DNA of 64,000 nucleotides from an uncultured Gemmatimonadales bacterium (lineage in GTDB: Bacteria; Gemmatimonadota; Gemmatimonadetes; Gemmatimonadales; GWC2-71-9), in the NCBI GenBank assembly GCA_963841505.1, contig CAWJCZ010000005.1, positions 245,333 to 309,332 of the forward strand, read 5' to 3'. Positions 32,391-41,906 of this stretch are shown here, one piece after another; the first letter of the stretch is position 1, and every line of letters begins with the position of its first letter. The translations under genes were made by a program, and so were the position numbers. The notes below the pieces were generated by a model. That model was not told the DNA's origin and searched no databases. It saw nothing but the letters and a program-made list of their open reading frames with translations.

Positions 32391-33361
32391 GGGCTCTGGT
32401 CACTGGCGCGACCGGGTTCGTGGGAAGCCATCTCATCGATACGCTCCTCGAGGCGGGGGACCAGGTGACCGCCCTGGTCCGGACCCCGAAGAAGGCGGAG
32501 GGCCTTGCCGAGCGCGGGGTGACCCTCATTTCCGGCGACCTCCATGACGACGCGGCGCTGGAACGGTCGGTGGGCGGCCAGGACGTCATCTACCATTCTG
32601 CCGGGCTGGTTGCGGCGCGTGACGATGCGACCTTCCTGGCCATCAACCGGGAAGGCACCGCCCGGATCCGGAAAGCAGCCGAGCAATCCGGCTCCCCCCG
32701 CTTCGTTTTCGTCTCCTCGCTCGCCGCCGCGGGGCCGGCTCCCCGGGGGGGCCGGCGCCGCGACGACGAGCCAGCGGAGCCGATTACCGGATACGGACGC
32801 AGCAAGCTTGCCGGAGAGGTGGTGGTCCGGCAGAGCAGGCTCCCCTGGATCATCGTGCGCCCGCCCGCGGTCTATGGCCCGCGCGATGCCGAGTTCTTCC
32901 GGCTCTTCAAGGCAGCACGACGGGGGATGCTGCCGGTCTTTGGAGACGGCGGCCAGGAGCTTTCGCTGGTGTACGTGAAGGACCTGGCCCGCGCCCTGGC
33001 CGCCCTGGCGCGGAGCGAAGAGGCCTTGGGAGGCACCTGGTACCCGTGCCATCGGGAAGTCCTCACCAGCCGCGATGTCGCACTCACGATCGGACGGGCA
33101 ATGGGGCGCGCCGTCCGCATCCTCCCGCTCCCGGTCTGGATCGGAGGCGCCGCGCTGTCACTGACCGGGCTCGCCGCGCGTCTTATCGGGGGCACCACGC
33201 TGCTGACCCCCGACAAGGGGAAGGAGCTCTTCGCCCCAGCGTGGACCTGCGATCCCGCTCCGCTCGAGCGGGTAACCGGAGGCGCCTGGAGCGCGGAATA
33301 CGATCTGGCCGAGGGAACCCGGGTGACTGCCGGATGGTACCGGGAGGCCGGGTGGCTTTAG
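32387..33361 (+). CDS. Extended SDR / NAD-dependent epimerase family, ceramide reductase (CerR)-like by context
   Basis: VTGATGFVG, VSSLAA, YGRSK, RPPAVYGP; ATGA overlap with the GNAT gene. Confidence 0.8.
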   Translation: MRALVTGATGFVGSHLIDTLLEAGDQVTALVRTPKKAEGLAERGVTLISGDLHDDAALERSVGGQDVIYHSAGLVAARDDATFLAINREGTARIRKAAEQSGSPRFVFVSSLAAAGPAPRGGRRRDDEPAEPITGYGRSKLAGEVVVRQSRLPWIIVRPPAVYGPRDAEFFRLFKAARRGMLPVFGDGGQELSLVYVKDLARALAALARSEEALGGTWYPCHREVLTSRDVALTIGRAMGRAVRILPLPVWIGGAALSLTGLAARLIGGTTLLTPDKGKELFAPAWTCDPAPLERVTGGAWSAEYDLAEGTRVTAGWYREAGWL

Positions 33362-34245
33362 CCCCCCAGGACCGGCTCCGCCCACTCGACTGGGGCGTGC
33401 TAGGCTACGTGGCAATCGCCTCCGTGGTTGCGATCGCCCGGCTGGGGCGGATCCCCGGAGTCGGATGGTCGCTGGTTGCCAATGGTTTCGCGGTGGCGCT
33501 GGTCCTGCTGGTCCGGAGTCCCGGGTTAGGACGGTTCGGCCGCGGGTTCCGGGAGGTCTATCCCCTGATCCTGGTGGTGATCTTCTACGGGGCGCTCGAC
33601 CTCCTGACCGGCCATGGAGGGATTCCCACCCACGAGTCCACCATCCAGCATTGGGAGCTGGTGGTGTTCGGCGGGCAGGTCAGTCATACCTGGTGGGAAC
33701 GGTATCCGAGCCCCTTCTGGAGCACGCTCCTCCACGCGGTGTATGCGAGCTATTACCTGGTGGTGGCCGCCGGACCGATCTGGTTTCTCTTGAAGCGGGA
33801 CTCTCCCAATCTGCGCCGCACCGTGGCCGCCATCTCGGCGACCTACGGGATCTGCTTCGTCATTTTTCTGCTGTACCCCGTGGCCGGGCCGAACTATGAG
33901 TTCCCCCGCCCCGCGGCCGAATTCATCGCCAACCTGCCGGCACGGCTGGTGTACAGCCTGCTCCAGCGAGGGAGCTCCTACGGTGCCGCCTTTCCCTCAT
34001 CCCACGTGGCCGCCGCGCTGACCGCTGCCCTGATCACCCTGAAAGGGGCGCCCCGGCTCGGCCTGGTGCTGCTGGTGCCGGCTGTCCTCCTGCCGTTCGC
34101 GGTGGTCTATACCCAGATGCACTACGCCATGGATGCCATCGGCGGGGTGATCCTGGGCCTCGCGGTGTTTGGGGCGGCGGAACTGATCGATCGGTCGACC
34201 AAGGCAGAACGAAAACGGGCAGGGACCGAAGCCCCTGCCCGCTGA
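33352..34245 (+). CDS. PAP2-family membrane phosphotransferase, Aur1/IPT1-like
   Basis: Multiple TMs, YPVAGP, AAFPSSHV, MHYAMDAIGG; GTG 33352 after GGGAGG, overlapping the SDR stop. Confidence 0.85.
   Translation: MALAPQDRLRPLDWGVLGYVAIASVVAIARLGRIPGVGWSLVANGFAVALVLLVRSPGLGRFGRGFREVYPLILVVIFYGALDLLTGHGGIPTHESTIQHWELVVFGGQVSHTWWERYPSPFWSTLLHAVYASYYLVVAAGPIWFLLKRDSPNLRRTVAAISATYGICFVIFLLYPVAGPNYEFPRPAAEFIANLPARLVYSLLQRGSSYGAAFPSSHVAAALTAALITLKGAPRLGLVLLVPAVLLPFAVVYTQMHYAMDAIGGVILGLAVFGAAELIDRSTKAERKRAGTEAPAR
34212..34241 (-). terminator. Intrinsic terminator for the blue-copper genes
   Basis: CGGGCAGGG...CCCTGCCCG 9-bp stem followed by TTTT on the minus strand, 20 nt after the stop. Confidence 0.7.
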
Positions 34246-34262
34246 GATCGTGGAATCGGCGC

Positions 34263-34727
34263 TTAGGGCGCGACAGTGATCTTGCCGTGCATCCCCATCG
34301 CCATATGGGGAGTGCAGGTGAACTTGTACTCGCCGGCGGGGGCGTTCGCGAAGCTGATCGCGAGGGTTGCGCCGGGATCGAGCAGGAGCTCGGAGCTCAG
34401 CGGACCGATCGGATTCGGCATCTGCGGCTCGATCAATTCCTTGGCCCCGGCTGGAATGCTGTCGGCCCAGAACGCGACGTTGTGCGGACCCCCACTCACG
34501 TTATGGAACACGACTCGGTCTCCCGGCTTCACCGTGACTTCCGCGGGGTCGAACTTGTAGGTCGAGGCCCCTTCGAGAACCATGTTGATATCGTGGGTGG
34601 TGCCTCCGGACGGATTCGCCGGGGCGGACGCCTGGGCGGTGTCCCCGGGTGCCGCTTCGGCCTGCTTCTCGCCACCGCCACACGCCACCATCACCGCCAA
34701 CCCAACCAATGCCGAAATCGTCCTCAT
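34263..34727 (-). CDS. Plastocyanin-type blue copper lipoprotein (copy A)
   Basis: Lipobox MVAC, low-complexity linker, PHNV, CTPHMAMGM (H...C-x2-H-x4-M). Confidence 0.93.
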   Translation of the reverse strand: MRTISALVGLAVMVACGGGEKQAEAAPGDTAQASAPANPSGGTTHDINMVLEGASTYKFDPAEVTVKPGDRVVFHNVSGGPHNVAFWADSIPAGAKELIEPQMPNPIGPLSSELLLDPGATLAISFANAPAGEYKFTCTPHMAMGMHGKITVAP

Positions 34728-34809
34728 GCCAAATGGCCTCCAGCCAGGAAGTGATCGAGAATGACACCAGGGAAGACGGGACGAAAATACACGGGGTCAC
34801 TGTCAAGAA

Positions 34810-35283
34810 CTAGGGAGAAACCGTGATGGTCCCCCGCATCCCCATCGCCAGGTGGGGAGTACAGTAGAACTTGTAGGTCCCCGCCGGGGCCCCCGCAAAT
34901 GAAAGGGTGACCGTGCGCCCGGGATCGGTCAGAAGCTCACTCTGGAGCGGACCGATCGGATTGGGAATTTGCGGTTCCAGCACCTGCTGGGCGCCCGCCG
35001 GAATACTGTCGGGCCAGAATGAAATATTATGGGGGAATCCGCTCATGTTGTGAAAGACGACCCGGTCCCCGACTTTGATATCCAGGGTTGACGGGACGTA
35101 TTTGTAGTCCGTCGCACCCTCCAGGACCATGTTCACGTCATGCGTTGCTCCCCCTCCACCCGCGGGAACGCTCGTGGTGTCACGAGTCGCGGCGGTTGAA
35201 TCCCCTCCCACCCCTGGGGTCTTCTCGCCACCGCCGCAACCAGCGAGGAGTCCCACACCGAGCACTGCGCTGAGCAACCGCAT
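34810..35283 (-). CDS. Plastocyanin-type blue copper lipoprotein (copy B)
   Basis: Lipobox LAGC, PHNI, CTPHLAMGM; shares WxDSIPAGA and PNPIGPL with copy A. Confidence 0.93.
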   Translation of the reverse strand: MRLLSAVLGVGLLAGCGGGEKTPGVGGDSTAATRDTTSVPAGGGGATHDVNMVLEGATDYKYVPSTLDIKVGDRVVFHNMSGFPHNISFWPDSIPAGAQQVLEPQIPNPIGPLQSELLTDPGRTVTLSFAGAPAGTYKFYCTPHLAMGMRGTITVSP

Positions 35284-35351
35284 GGGCCAATCTCCGTTCA
35301 AGACGTCCTTGGGGACGAAGCTCGGGGCGGTACGATCACTATCTTTGCTCG

Positions 35352-36140
35352 ATGGGCGCTTCCGGCCACCTGCCTCCCCCGTGCCGCTCGATGGGGTCCC
35401 ACTGCGACCGCCTCAGGGTCGTGCTCCGGGTCGCGACCCTGGAAGGGGATGGCCGCGGCGACCCGGTCTCCGGAGACCACGAAGCGACCTTCCTCCTCGG
35501 CCATACCCAACGGATCACCTTCCTCGGCGATCTCTGGCGGGACGATCGGGACCTCTACCACGAGGCCGTCCTCCAGGTGCCCTGCCGTTTTCTCGTCAGG
35601 GATGGAGCGACCGATCGTTGCGGGGCGCACGGGCATCACCGTAAGGCCCGAGCCTCCGATCCGGATCCCGCCGAGCCCCGGCAGTTCCCGGGAGATCAAT
35701 TTCGAATTGTGGAGCGAGGCCGGTCGGTCACCCGGAAGCTTCCACCTCCACCGGTCCGCCCCAAGGAACTTCCCCTTCACGCCAGCGCGAACCCTTGCGC
35801 CACTGCACCGTGTCGAACCGCCGATAACACCCGCGGAGCGGCCTGTTGCCGGGACCTTCAGGTCGAGATCATGTGCACCAGCAAACAGGAAACGCTGGAG
35901 GCTCTGGTGCGCTCCCGAAAGTCTCCGTATCTCTGCAAGGTGGACCGGGAAAACCCCTACTCGCTTGGCGCGGAGATGATCTCCGCGTGTGCCTTCCTGA
36001 TGGACGATCGGGTGAGCTGCGGGCTCCATGGCAGGACGCGGTCGGATGGAAGACCCGCCAAGCCGGATCTCTGCAGCGACTGGCCCGATTCTCGAGACCT
36101 CATGCACCCCGGCTGTGTCTTCAAGGGTCAGGGGGCCTAA
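35352..36140 (+). CDS. YkgJ-like cysteine-cluster (Zn/Fe-S) protein with internal duplication
   Basis: PCRFL...CGAHG and GAACC...CAFL...CGLHG...KPDLCSDWP; TATCTT 6 nt before ATG. Confidence 0.7.
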   Translation: MGASGHLPPPCRSMGSHCDRLRVVLRVATLEGDGRGDPVSGDHEATFLLGHTQRITFLGDLWRDDRDLYHEAVLQVPCRFLVRDGATDRCGAHGHHRKARASDPDPAEPRQFPGDQFRIVERGRSVTRKLPPPPVRPKELPLHASANPCATAPCRTADNTRGAACCRDLQVEIMCTSKQETLEALVRSRKSPYLCKVDRENPYSLGAEMISACAFLMDDRVSCGLHGRTRSDGRPAKPDLCSDWPDSRDLMHPGCVFKGQGA

Positions 36141-36270
36141 ATCATTGCCCCTGATCGACATGGAGAGCCTGTGAAAGGCCGGCTGGATCCCAGGATTGTG
36201 CAAGCCCGGGCAGCGATGGACGTCAATATCGCGTCGGGGAATGCACAGCTGCAAAGGAGGTTGCCAGCCC

Positions 36271-36780
36271 ATGGATGATCTGGAGCGGCTGTATAAGACA
36301 CACTATCCGGCAGTGGTCCGGTTCCTGTATCGGAAAATCTGGGACCCGGATCGAGCCGAAGACCTGGCGCAAGAGGTGTTCATTCGCGCCATGGCACACC
36401 GGCCCGAAAAGCCCCGGGCCTGGATCTTTGCGGTCGCCGCAAATCTGGCACGGGATGAGGCGCGAGCGGCGATTCGCCGCAAGAAGCACCTCACCCTGTT
36501 GAAGGATGACCCGATCCCGCTGTCCACGCCGGAACCTTCGGCGGACGAGGCAGTCGATCGGGAAGAACGATGGGAGAAGGTCACCGAGGCACTCGCCGAG
36601 TTGACGGAGCGGGACCGCGAAGTGCTGTTGCTGTGGGACGCGGGGCTCAGCTATCCGGAGATCGCGGCGCATACGGGGCTTGCCGTCGGGGCGGTCGGGA
36701 CGACGCTGGCGCGGGCCCGGAAACGGTTGATAGAGGCGCATGACAGAATGGATCAACAGGTCCGAGCGGCACGTTCCTGA
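36271..36780 (+). CDS. ECF RNA polymerase sigma factor
   Basis: RAEDLAQEVF, AWIFAVAANLARD, GLSYPEIA, VGTTLARAR; AAAGGAGG RBS. Confidence 0.93.
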   Translation: MDDLERLYKTHYPAVVRFLYRKIWDPDRAEDLAQEVFIRAMAHRPEKPRAWIFAVAANLARDEARAAIRRKKHLTLLKDDPIPLSTPEPSADEAVDREERWEKVTEALAELTERDREVLLLWDAGLSYPEIAAHTGLAVGAVGTTLARARKRLIEAHDRMDQQVRAARS

Positions 36781-37777
36781 AGAGGAGCACCACGCGTATT
36801 TCGACCAGGCCCTGAGCCGGTCGCAGTGCGCTGAAATCGAAACCCATCTCTCCCACTGCCCGAAATGCCAGGCGCAGCGGGCTGAGGTGGCGATGTTGCG
36901 TGATCGGACGACCGCATTGCTGGCACGGTTGAGTCCCCACCCTGTCATCGTTCCACCGCCCTTCCAGACCCTCCTCGATCGTCGAAGCCGGCAACTCCGG
37001 TTCGCGATGTGGCGGGTCAGGCTCGAGCGGGCTGGACTGTGGGCGGCGGGGATCGCGGCCGCGACGGGCATCGGCTGGATGGCCCGGACCGTTCTCGATC
37101 CTCATCGCACGGCGAGCGCCTCGGCGCCCATCGTCGAGGTGCAGCCGCCGGCCGCCCCTGCTCCCAGGGTGCTGGCCATGACGCCGGTGGACAGCGAACA
37201 CGCCAACCTGGACCGAGCCAGGCCTGCCCCGATTCCGGAAACCGAGCCCCCAGTGAGCGGGGGCGGCCGGCGCTCCAGTGGGCCTTCTGCGGCCGCGCTG
37301 CCGAGCAACCAGCTGGCGGCCTCGGTGGTCGATCTCGGTATCGCTCCCGCGGAATCCACGGCGGTTCGCTCGAACGCCGCCGAGTCGGGCGACTTCTTTG
37401 ATCGGGTCTGGCGAGTCATCCAGTGGGATGACGCGGTGAAGACGCTCGCCGGAGGGCTTCCCTACGTTGAGGGCCTCCCGGTGAGAGGGGTACAAATCCG
37501 GCCGGGCGAGCGGGGTGAGCGCCCCACCGTGATCGTGACTCAGGAAGTTTCCGGCGGAGAGCTCATTTCGGCGATCGAGGGCCCGGTGGATCAGGTCAAC
37601 CAGGTCCTCCGTCGTCAGGCGAAGGACGTGCATAACAGTGACGCCACCCGGACTCCGCCCGACTACGTGGACGATCCGGCGGGTGGGCTCCGGCGGACCC
37701 TTCGAGTGCTCACGATCGCGGGCAAGTTGTCGGTGGATTCCTTGAACGCACTGGCGAGAGTCGCGACGATTCGCTGA
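36740..37777 (+). CDS. zf-HC2 anti-sigma factor
   Basis: HAYFDQAL...HLSHCPKC, single TM, Pro-rich linker. Confidence 0.85.
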   Translation: MTEWINRSERHVPEEEHHAYFDQALSRSQCAEIETHLSHCPKCQAQRAEVAMLRDRTTALLARLSPHPVIVPPPFQTLLDRRSRQLRFAMWRVRLERAGLWAAGIAAATGIGWMARTVLDPHRTASASAPIVEVQPPAAPAPRVLAMTPVDSEHANLDRARPAPIPETEPPVSGGGRRSSGPSAAALPSNQLAASVVDLGIAPAESTAVRSNAAESGDFFDRVWRVIQWDDAVKTLAGGLPYVEGLPVRGVQIRPGERGERPTVIVTQEVSGGELISAIEGPVDQVNQVLRRQAKDVHNSDATRTPPDYVDDPAGGLRRTLRVLTIAGKLSVDSLNALARVATIR

Positions 37778-37873
37778 TCCTCTCCGTTTTCACGGACGGT
37801 TCAGGCCCGGCGGTTCCAGGATCGCCGGGCCTGATGCGTTGCGCTAGCTTTCATCTTCTTCGACCCCACAACG

Positions 37874-39478
37874 ATGCAATTCTCCCGAGTGCTTCCAGCC
37901 GCCTTGCTGGCTACCGCCAGTGTCGTCGCTTCTGCCTCCGGGCAGGCCCGTCCAGATCGATACGAGGATCTGGTCTCGTTCTTCCAGGAGTGGCGCGCGC
38001 TCCAGCGCCCTCCCGTGGTCAACGGGGTCCCCGACTACCGCGCCACCGCCATGACGGCGCAGCAACGTCAGCTCGTCGCGATGCAGAAGCGGCTGGCCAG
38101 CTTCGACACGGCGAGCTGGACGGTTCCCCAGCGGGTGGACTATCGCCTGGTGCAGGCCGAAATGAACGGCCTGGACTTCGACCATCGCGTGCTCCGTCCC
38201 TGGGCCCGCAATCCGGCCTTCTACGTGACGGTATTCCTCGAGCAGAGTGATCAGCCCGCCCGCGAAGGACCGGTCGCCCTCGGGGCGATCGAAGTCTGGA
38301 AGTACCGTTTCCCGCTCAATCAACGCGATGCGGATGAGCTCCGGGACGGGCTCCGCGCCATACCCGGGCTGCTGGCGCAGGCCCGGCAGAACCTCACCGG
38401 CGATGCCAGGGACCTCTGGCTCTATGGAAGCCGGAGCATCAAGCAGCAAAGCTCGGGACTCGCCGAGCTGGAGAGCCGGGTCAAGTCGGCGACACCCGCG
38501 CTGGTTTCCGACGTTCGTCGGGCCCAGGCCGCGACCGATTCTCTCGCCGAGTGGCTCGATGCCCGGCTCGATTCGAAGAAAGGCCCCTCGGGAATCGGGG
38601 TCGAGAACTACGACTGGTACGCCCGGAACGTGCAGCTGCTCCCCTATACCTGGGCCGACGAAGTGGCCATGATGCAGCGCGAGCTGGCCCGGGCCCACAC
38701 CGCCCTCCGGATGGAAGAGGAAAAGAACCGGAAGCTGCCGCCACTGGCTCCCATCGCGGGGGCGCAGGAGCACACCCGCCGGTTCGGCCTCGCGGTGACC
38801 GAGTACATGAACTACCTCCGGAATCACGACCTGCTCACGGTGACACCCGGGATGGACTCGGCGCTCCGGCTCAGGACCGGTTCCTTTGTGGCGGGGCCGC
38901 GGGATTTCTTCACCGAAATCGACTACCGCGACCCGGTCATCATGCGGACCCATGGCTACCACTGGTTCGACCTGCTCCGCATGGCGCGGGACCCGCATCC
39001 CAGTGCGATCCGGAAAGGGCCCCTGCTCTACAACATCTTCAACACCCGCACCGAAGGACTGGCGACCGCCTGGGAGGAGCTGATGCTCCAGGCGATGATG
39101 TTCGACTCGCGACCGAGGAGCCGGGAGCTGGTCTACATTCTGCTGGCGCAGCGGGCCGCCCGCGCGTTAGGGGAGCTGATGCAGCACGCCAATCGCATGA
39201 CCCTGGAGCAGGCGGTCGAGTTCGCCTCGGCGAATACCCCGCGAGGCTGGCTCCGTTCCGACATGGCGACCGTCTGGGGAGAGCAGCACCTCTATCTCCA
39301 GCAGCCCGGCTACGGCACCAGCTACCTGGTGGGGAAGATCGAGTTCGAGCGGTTGCTCGCGAGCCGGGCCCGGGAGATGGGGGCGGACTACACCCTGCGC
39401 CGGCTGATGGACGAGGTCAATGCGGTCGGGTTGATTCCGATGTCGATGGTGCGCCGGGAGCTGACCGGGGACTGGTGA
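37874..39478 (+). CDS. DUF885 family exported protein
   Basis: Signal peptide; PWARNPAFY, EGLATAWEE, YLQQPGYGTSYLVGK. Confidence 0.75.
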   Translation: MQFSRVLPAALLATASVVASASGQARPDRYEDLVSFFQEWRALQRPPVVNGVPDYRATAMTAQQRQLVAMQKRLASFDTASWTVPQRVDYRLVQAEMNGLDFDHRVLRPWARNPAFYVTVFLEQSDQPAREGPVALGAIEVWKYRFPLNQRDADELRDGLRAIPGLLAQARQNLTGDARDLWLYGSRSIKQQSSGLAELESRVKSATPALVSDVRRAQAATDSLAEWLDARLDSKKGPSGIGVENYDWYARNVQLLPYTWADEVAMMQRELARAHTALRMEEEKNRKLPPLAPIAGAQEHTRRFGLAVTEYMNYLRNHDLLTVTPGMDSALRLRTGSFVAGPRDFFTEIDYRDPVIMRTHGYHWFDLLRMARDPHPSAIRKGPLLYNIFNTRTEGLATAWEELMLQAMMFDSRPRSRELVYILLAQRAARALGELMQHANRMTLEQAVEFASANTPRGWLRSDMATVWGEQHLYLQQPGYGTSYLVGKIEFERLLASRAREMGADYTLRRLMDEVNAVGLIPMSMVRRELTGDW

Positions 39479-39479
39479 G

Positions 39480-40841
39480 CTAGCGGGGGTGGTCGCGCCG
39501 GTCCATTTCGGGCGGCAGGGCAAAGTCCTTCGGCGTTTCGTCGTGGAGGTATTCGTCCTCGTGGCCGTGCTTCCGCTCCTGCCGCAAGGTGATGGTGGCG
39601 AGCGCGGGAGAGACCATCGGGAACATCCGCGCGAAGAGCGCGTAGCAGACCAGGAAAGCGCCCAGAAACGCCAGCAAGGGACCCGCTTCCGGCAGCCCGA
39701 AGATCGGGTGCTCGACCGGAGAAACGGTCGGGGTGACCAGCAGGTACCGCTCCAGCCAGAGGGCAACCAGGCTGAGCGACGCGATGAACCCGAGCACCAG
39801 CGGTGATTTCTTCGCCGCCACGAACAGCAGCCCCCAGAAGGGGATCAGGAACATTCCCAGGAACACCCAGCGAGCCACCGGCACCCACGGTCCCCACAGC
39901 CGCGCGAAGACGAACCCGGTCTCTTCCGGCAGGTTCCCATACCAGATCACCAGGTACTGGGCCCACATGAGGTAGGCCCAGAACACCGTGAATCCGAAAC
40001 ACATCTTGCCGAGGTCGTGACGCTGCTTCGGGCTCACCAGGTCGGCGATCCCGAGGTGGCGACGGCCGTACAGCATGAGCAGGGCAAGCAGCATGTGCGC
40101 GCCCAGGAATGACCCCATGAAGTAGAAGCCGCCGAGCAGGTTGGAGTACCAGTGCGGCTGAAGCGCCATGATCCCGTCGAAGGCCACCAGTGTCATCACC
40201 AGCGCGTACACCACCGCATAGAGCGGGGCGAGCCGGTGGGTTCGCGCTTCGCTCCGCAGCACCCCCTCGGGCGACACGTCGCGCCCGGCGGTCCACTGAT
40301 CGTACATCGCCTGCCGGGTCTGCCCCACGGTCGAGCGGACCGCCGCCATGTCGCGCAGCAGATCGCCGCGCACCAGCATCCATCCGATCGTGAAGAGGAG
40401 GGCCAGCCCGGCCAGCAGCCGGCCCATCATGAACCCGTGGGAGAGCCAGAGCTGCTTCCCGGGCGACATGGTGACAAGCTGTTCCTGCATCGGGCCGTAC
40501 ACCGCATCGTAGCCGAACGTGAAGATCAGCAGGCAACCCAGAATCGAGACACCAGCGAAAAAGACGGTGGCCTGGGAGAACCGGATCATCACCCCGGTCC
40601 ACTTGGCCTTCCCGATCTTGTAGGCGGCATTGAGCGCGAGGCTTCCGGCTGCCAGGCCGGTGAAATACACCCAGTTCACCTGGAACGCCTGCCAGGCACG
40701 CGCGCCGTTCTCGCCCATCAGGGCGATGACGAACAGGGCGATGCCGATGACCAGGAGCAGGGCACCCAGTCCGAGGAAGACCCCGTAACGCGCTCCCACG
40801 GCGTTGGTGATCAGGCGCTGCTGGAGATCGCGCTCGGTCAT
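39480..40841 (-). CDS. actF: Alternative complex III membrane subunit F
   Basis: About 10 TMs, D.IMALQPHWYS, HDLGK..FGF..FWAY..WAQYLVIWYGNLPEE; last gene of the operon. Confidence 0.9.
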   Translation of the reverse strand: MTERDLQQRLITNAVGARYGVFLGLGALLLVIGIALFVIALMGENGARAWQAFQVNWVYFTGLAAGSLALNAAYKIGKAKWTGVMIRFSQATVFFAGVSILGCLLIFTFGYDAVYGPMQEQLVTMSPGKQLWLSHGFMMGRLLAGLALLFTIGWMLVRGDLLRDMAAVRSTVGQTRQAMYDQWTAGRDVSPEGVLRSEARTHRLAPLYAVVYALVMTLVAFDGIMALQPHWYSNLLGGFYFMGSFLGAHMLLALLMLYGRRHLGIADLVSPKQRHDLGKMCFGFTVFWAYLMWAQYLVIWYGNLPEETGFVFARLWGPWVPVARWVFLGMFLIPFWGLLFVAAKKSPLVLGFIASLSLVALWLERYLLVTPTVSPVEHPIFGLPEAGPLLAFLGAFLVCYALFARMFPMVSPALATITLRQERKHGHEDEYLHDETPKDFALPPEMDRRDHPR

Positions 40842-41392
40842 TGCGGAGGGACCCCCTGGAGGTGCCGCACGTAGTTCACCACCGCCCAGCGGTCTTCCGG
40901 ACGGTAGATCTTGTCGCCATAGCGCGGCATGATGGTCTGCCCGCCGTAGCGGATGTAGCTGTAGAGGTAGCCGTCGGAAAAGGCCCGGGCTCGATCGGTA
41001 ACGAGCGCCGGGGCGCCCATCCTGAGGCCAACCGGGCCATTCCCGGTTCCCGCCCCGCCGTGGCACACCGCGCAGAAGAAGTGATAGAGCGTATCCCCGC
41101 GGGCCAGCGTTTCCTGGGGCGAGGTCGGGTTGCGCAGGCTGTTCGCCGTGGTGAACACCCCTCGCTTGAACTCGGCTCCCCATTCCGCTTCGGCGCCGGT
41201 GATCGGGACGATGCCTTCCGGGGTTCGTCGTGGAACCCCCGCCGTCTCGTAGGGAAAGACCGCCCGGGATCCGAGCATATGATCGAACCAGGGGATCCGG
41301 TACCACAGCTGGTCGGGCGACGGCACTTTGTCATACCACCAGTTGCACCCGGTGAGCAGCAGGAGGGCGCCGAGGAGCAGGTTACGCCGCAT
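40838..41392 (-). CDS. actE: ACIII monoheme cytochrome c lipoprotein
   Basis: Lipobox LTGC, CAVCHG, MP.YG, DRWAVVNYVR.LQ. Confidence 0.9.
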   Translation of the reverse strand: MRRNLLLGALLLLTGCNWWYDKVPSPDQLWYRIPWFDHMLGSRAVFPYETAGVPRRTPEGIVPITGAEAEWGAEFKRGVFTTANSLRNPTSPQETLARGDTLYHFFCAVCHGGAGTGNGPVGLRMGAPALVTDRARAFSDGYLYSYIRYGGQTIMPRYGDKIYRPEDRWAVVNYVRHLQGVPPQ

Positions 41393-41906
41393 GGACGGTC
41401 ACCTCCTCCGAGCCCGCCTCGGCGAACAAGGTTCGGACGCCTTCGGTCTGGTCCGGCCCGCAGGGCACGAAGATGCCGATGCGATCGTCGGTGAAGCGGG
41501 GATCGAACGCCCGTCCCCGGAGCGACTTCCGGAGCGAGAGAATCAGCATGCCCGCCACGGTGCAGAGCGACCCGTAGAGGATGGTGAGCTCGAAGGCGAT
41601 CGCCACGTATGGCGGCACCGTCGCGATGGGCTTGCCGCCTACCAGCAGGGGCCAGTCGTAGGACATCCAGTAGGTCATGGCGAAGCCGGACGTCACTCCG
41701 ATCAGGCCACCGATCAGGGTGAAGGCGCGAACCCAGCTGACCGGCTCGTCGAGCGCTTCCTCGATCTCATGGTTCGGCGAAGGGGTATACACGGTCAGGT
41801 CGCGAAAGCCCCGAGCCTTGAGCCCGCGGATTGCCTCGGTCGCGGCATCCACCTGGAGAAACGAGGCCAACACCCCGGGCACCGTCTTCTTCCGGCGCCC
41901 GATCAA
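41382..41906 (-). CDS. actD: ACIII subunit D (DUF3341)
   Basis: VYTP.P.H, two TMs, DWPLLVGGKP, FELTIL, DPRFTDDR. Start TTG 41906 or GTG 41882. Confidence 0.9.
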   Translation of the reverse strand: MIGRRKKTVPGVLASFLQVDAATEAIRGLKARGFRDLTVYTPSPNHEIEEALDEPVSWVRAFTLIGGLIGVTSGFAMTYWMSYDWPLLVGGKPIATVPPYVAIAFELTILYGSLCTVAGMLILSLRKSLRGRAFDPRFTDDRIGIFVPCGPDQTEGVRTLFAEAGSEEVTVHAA

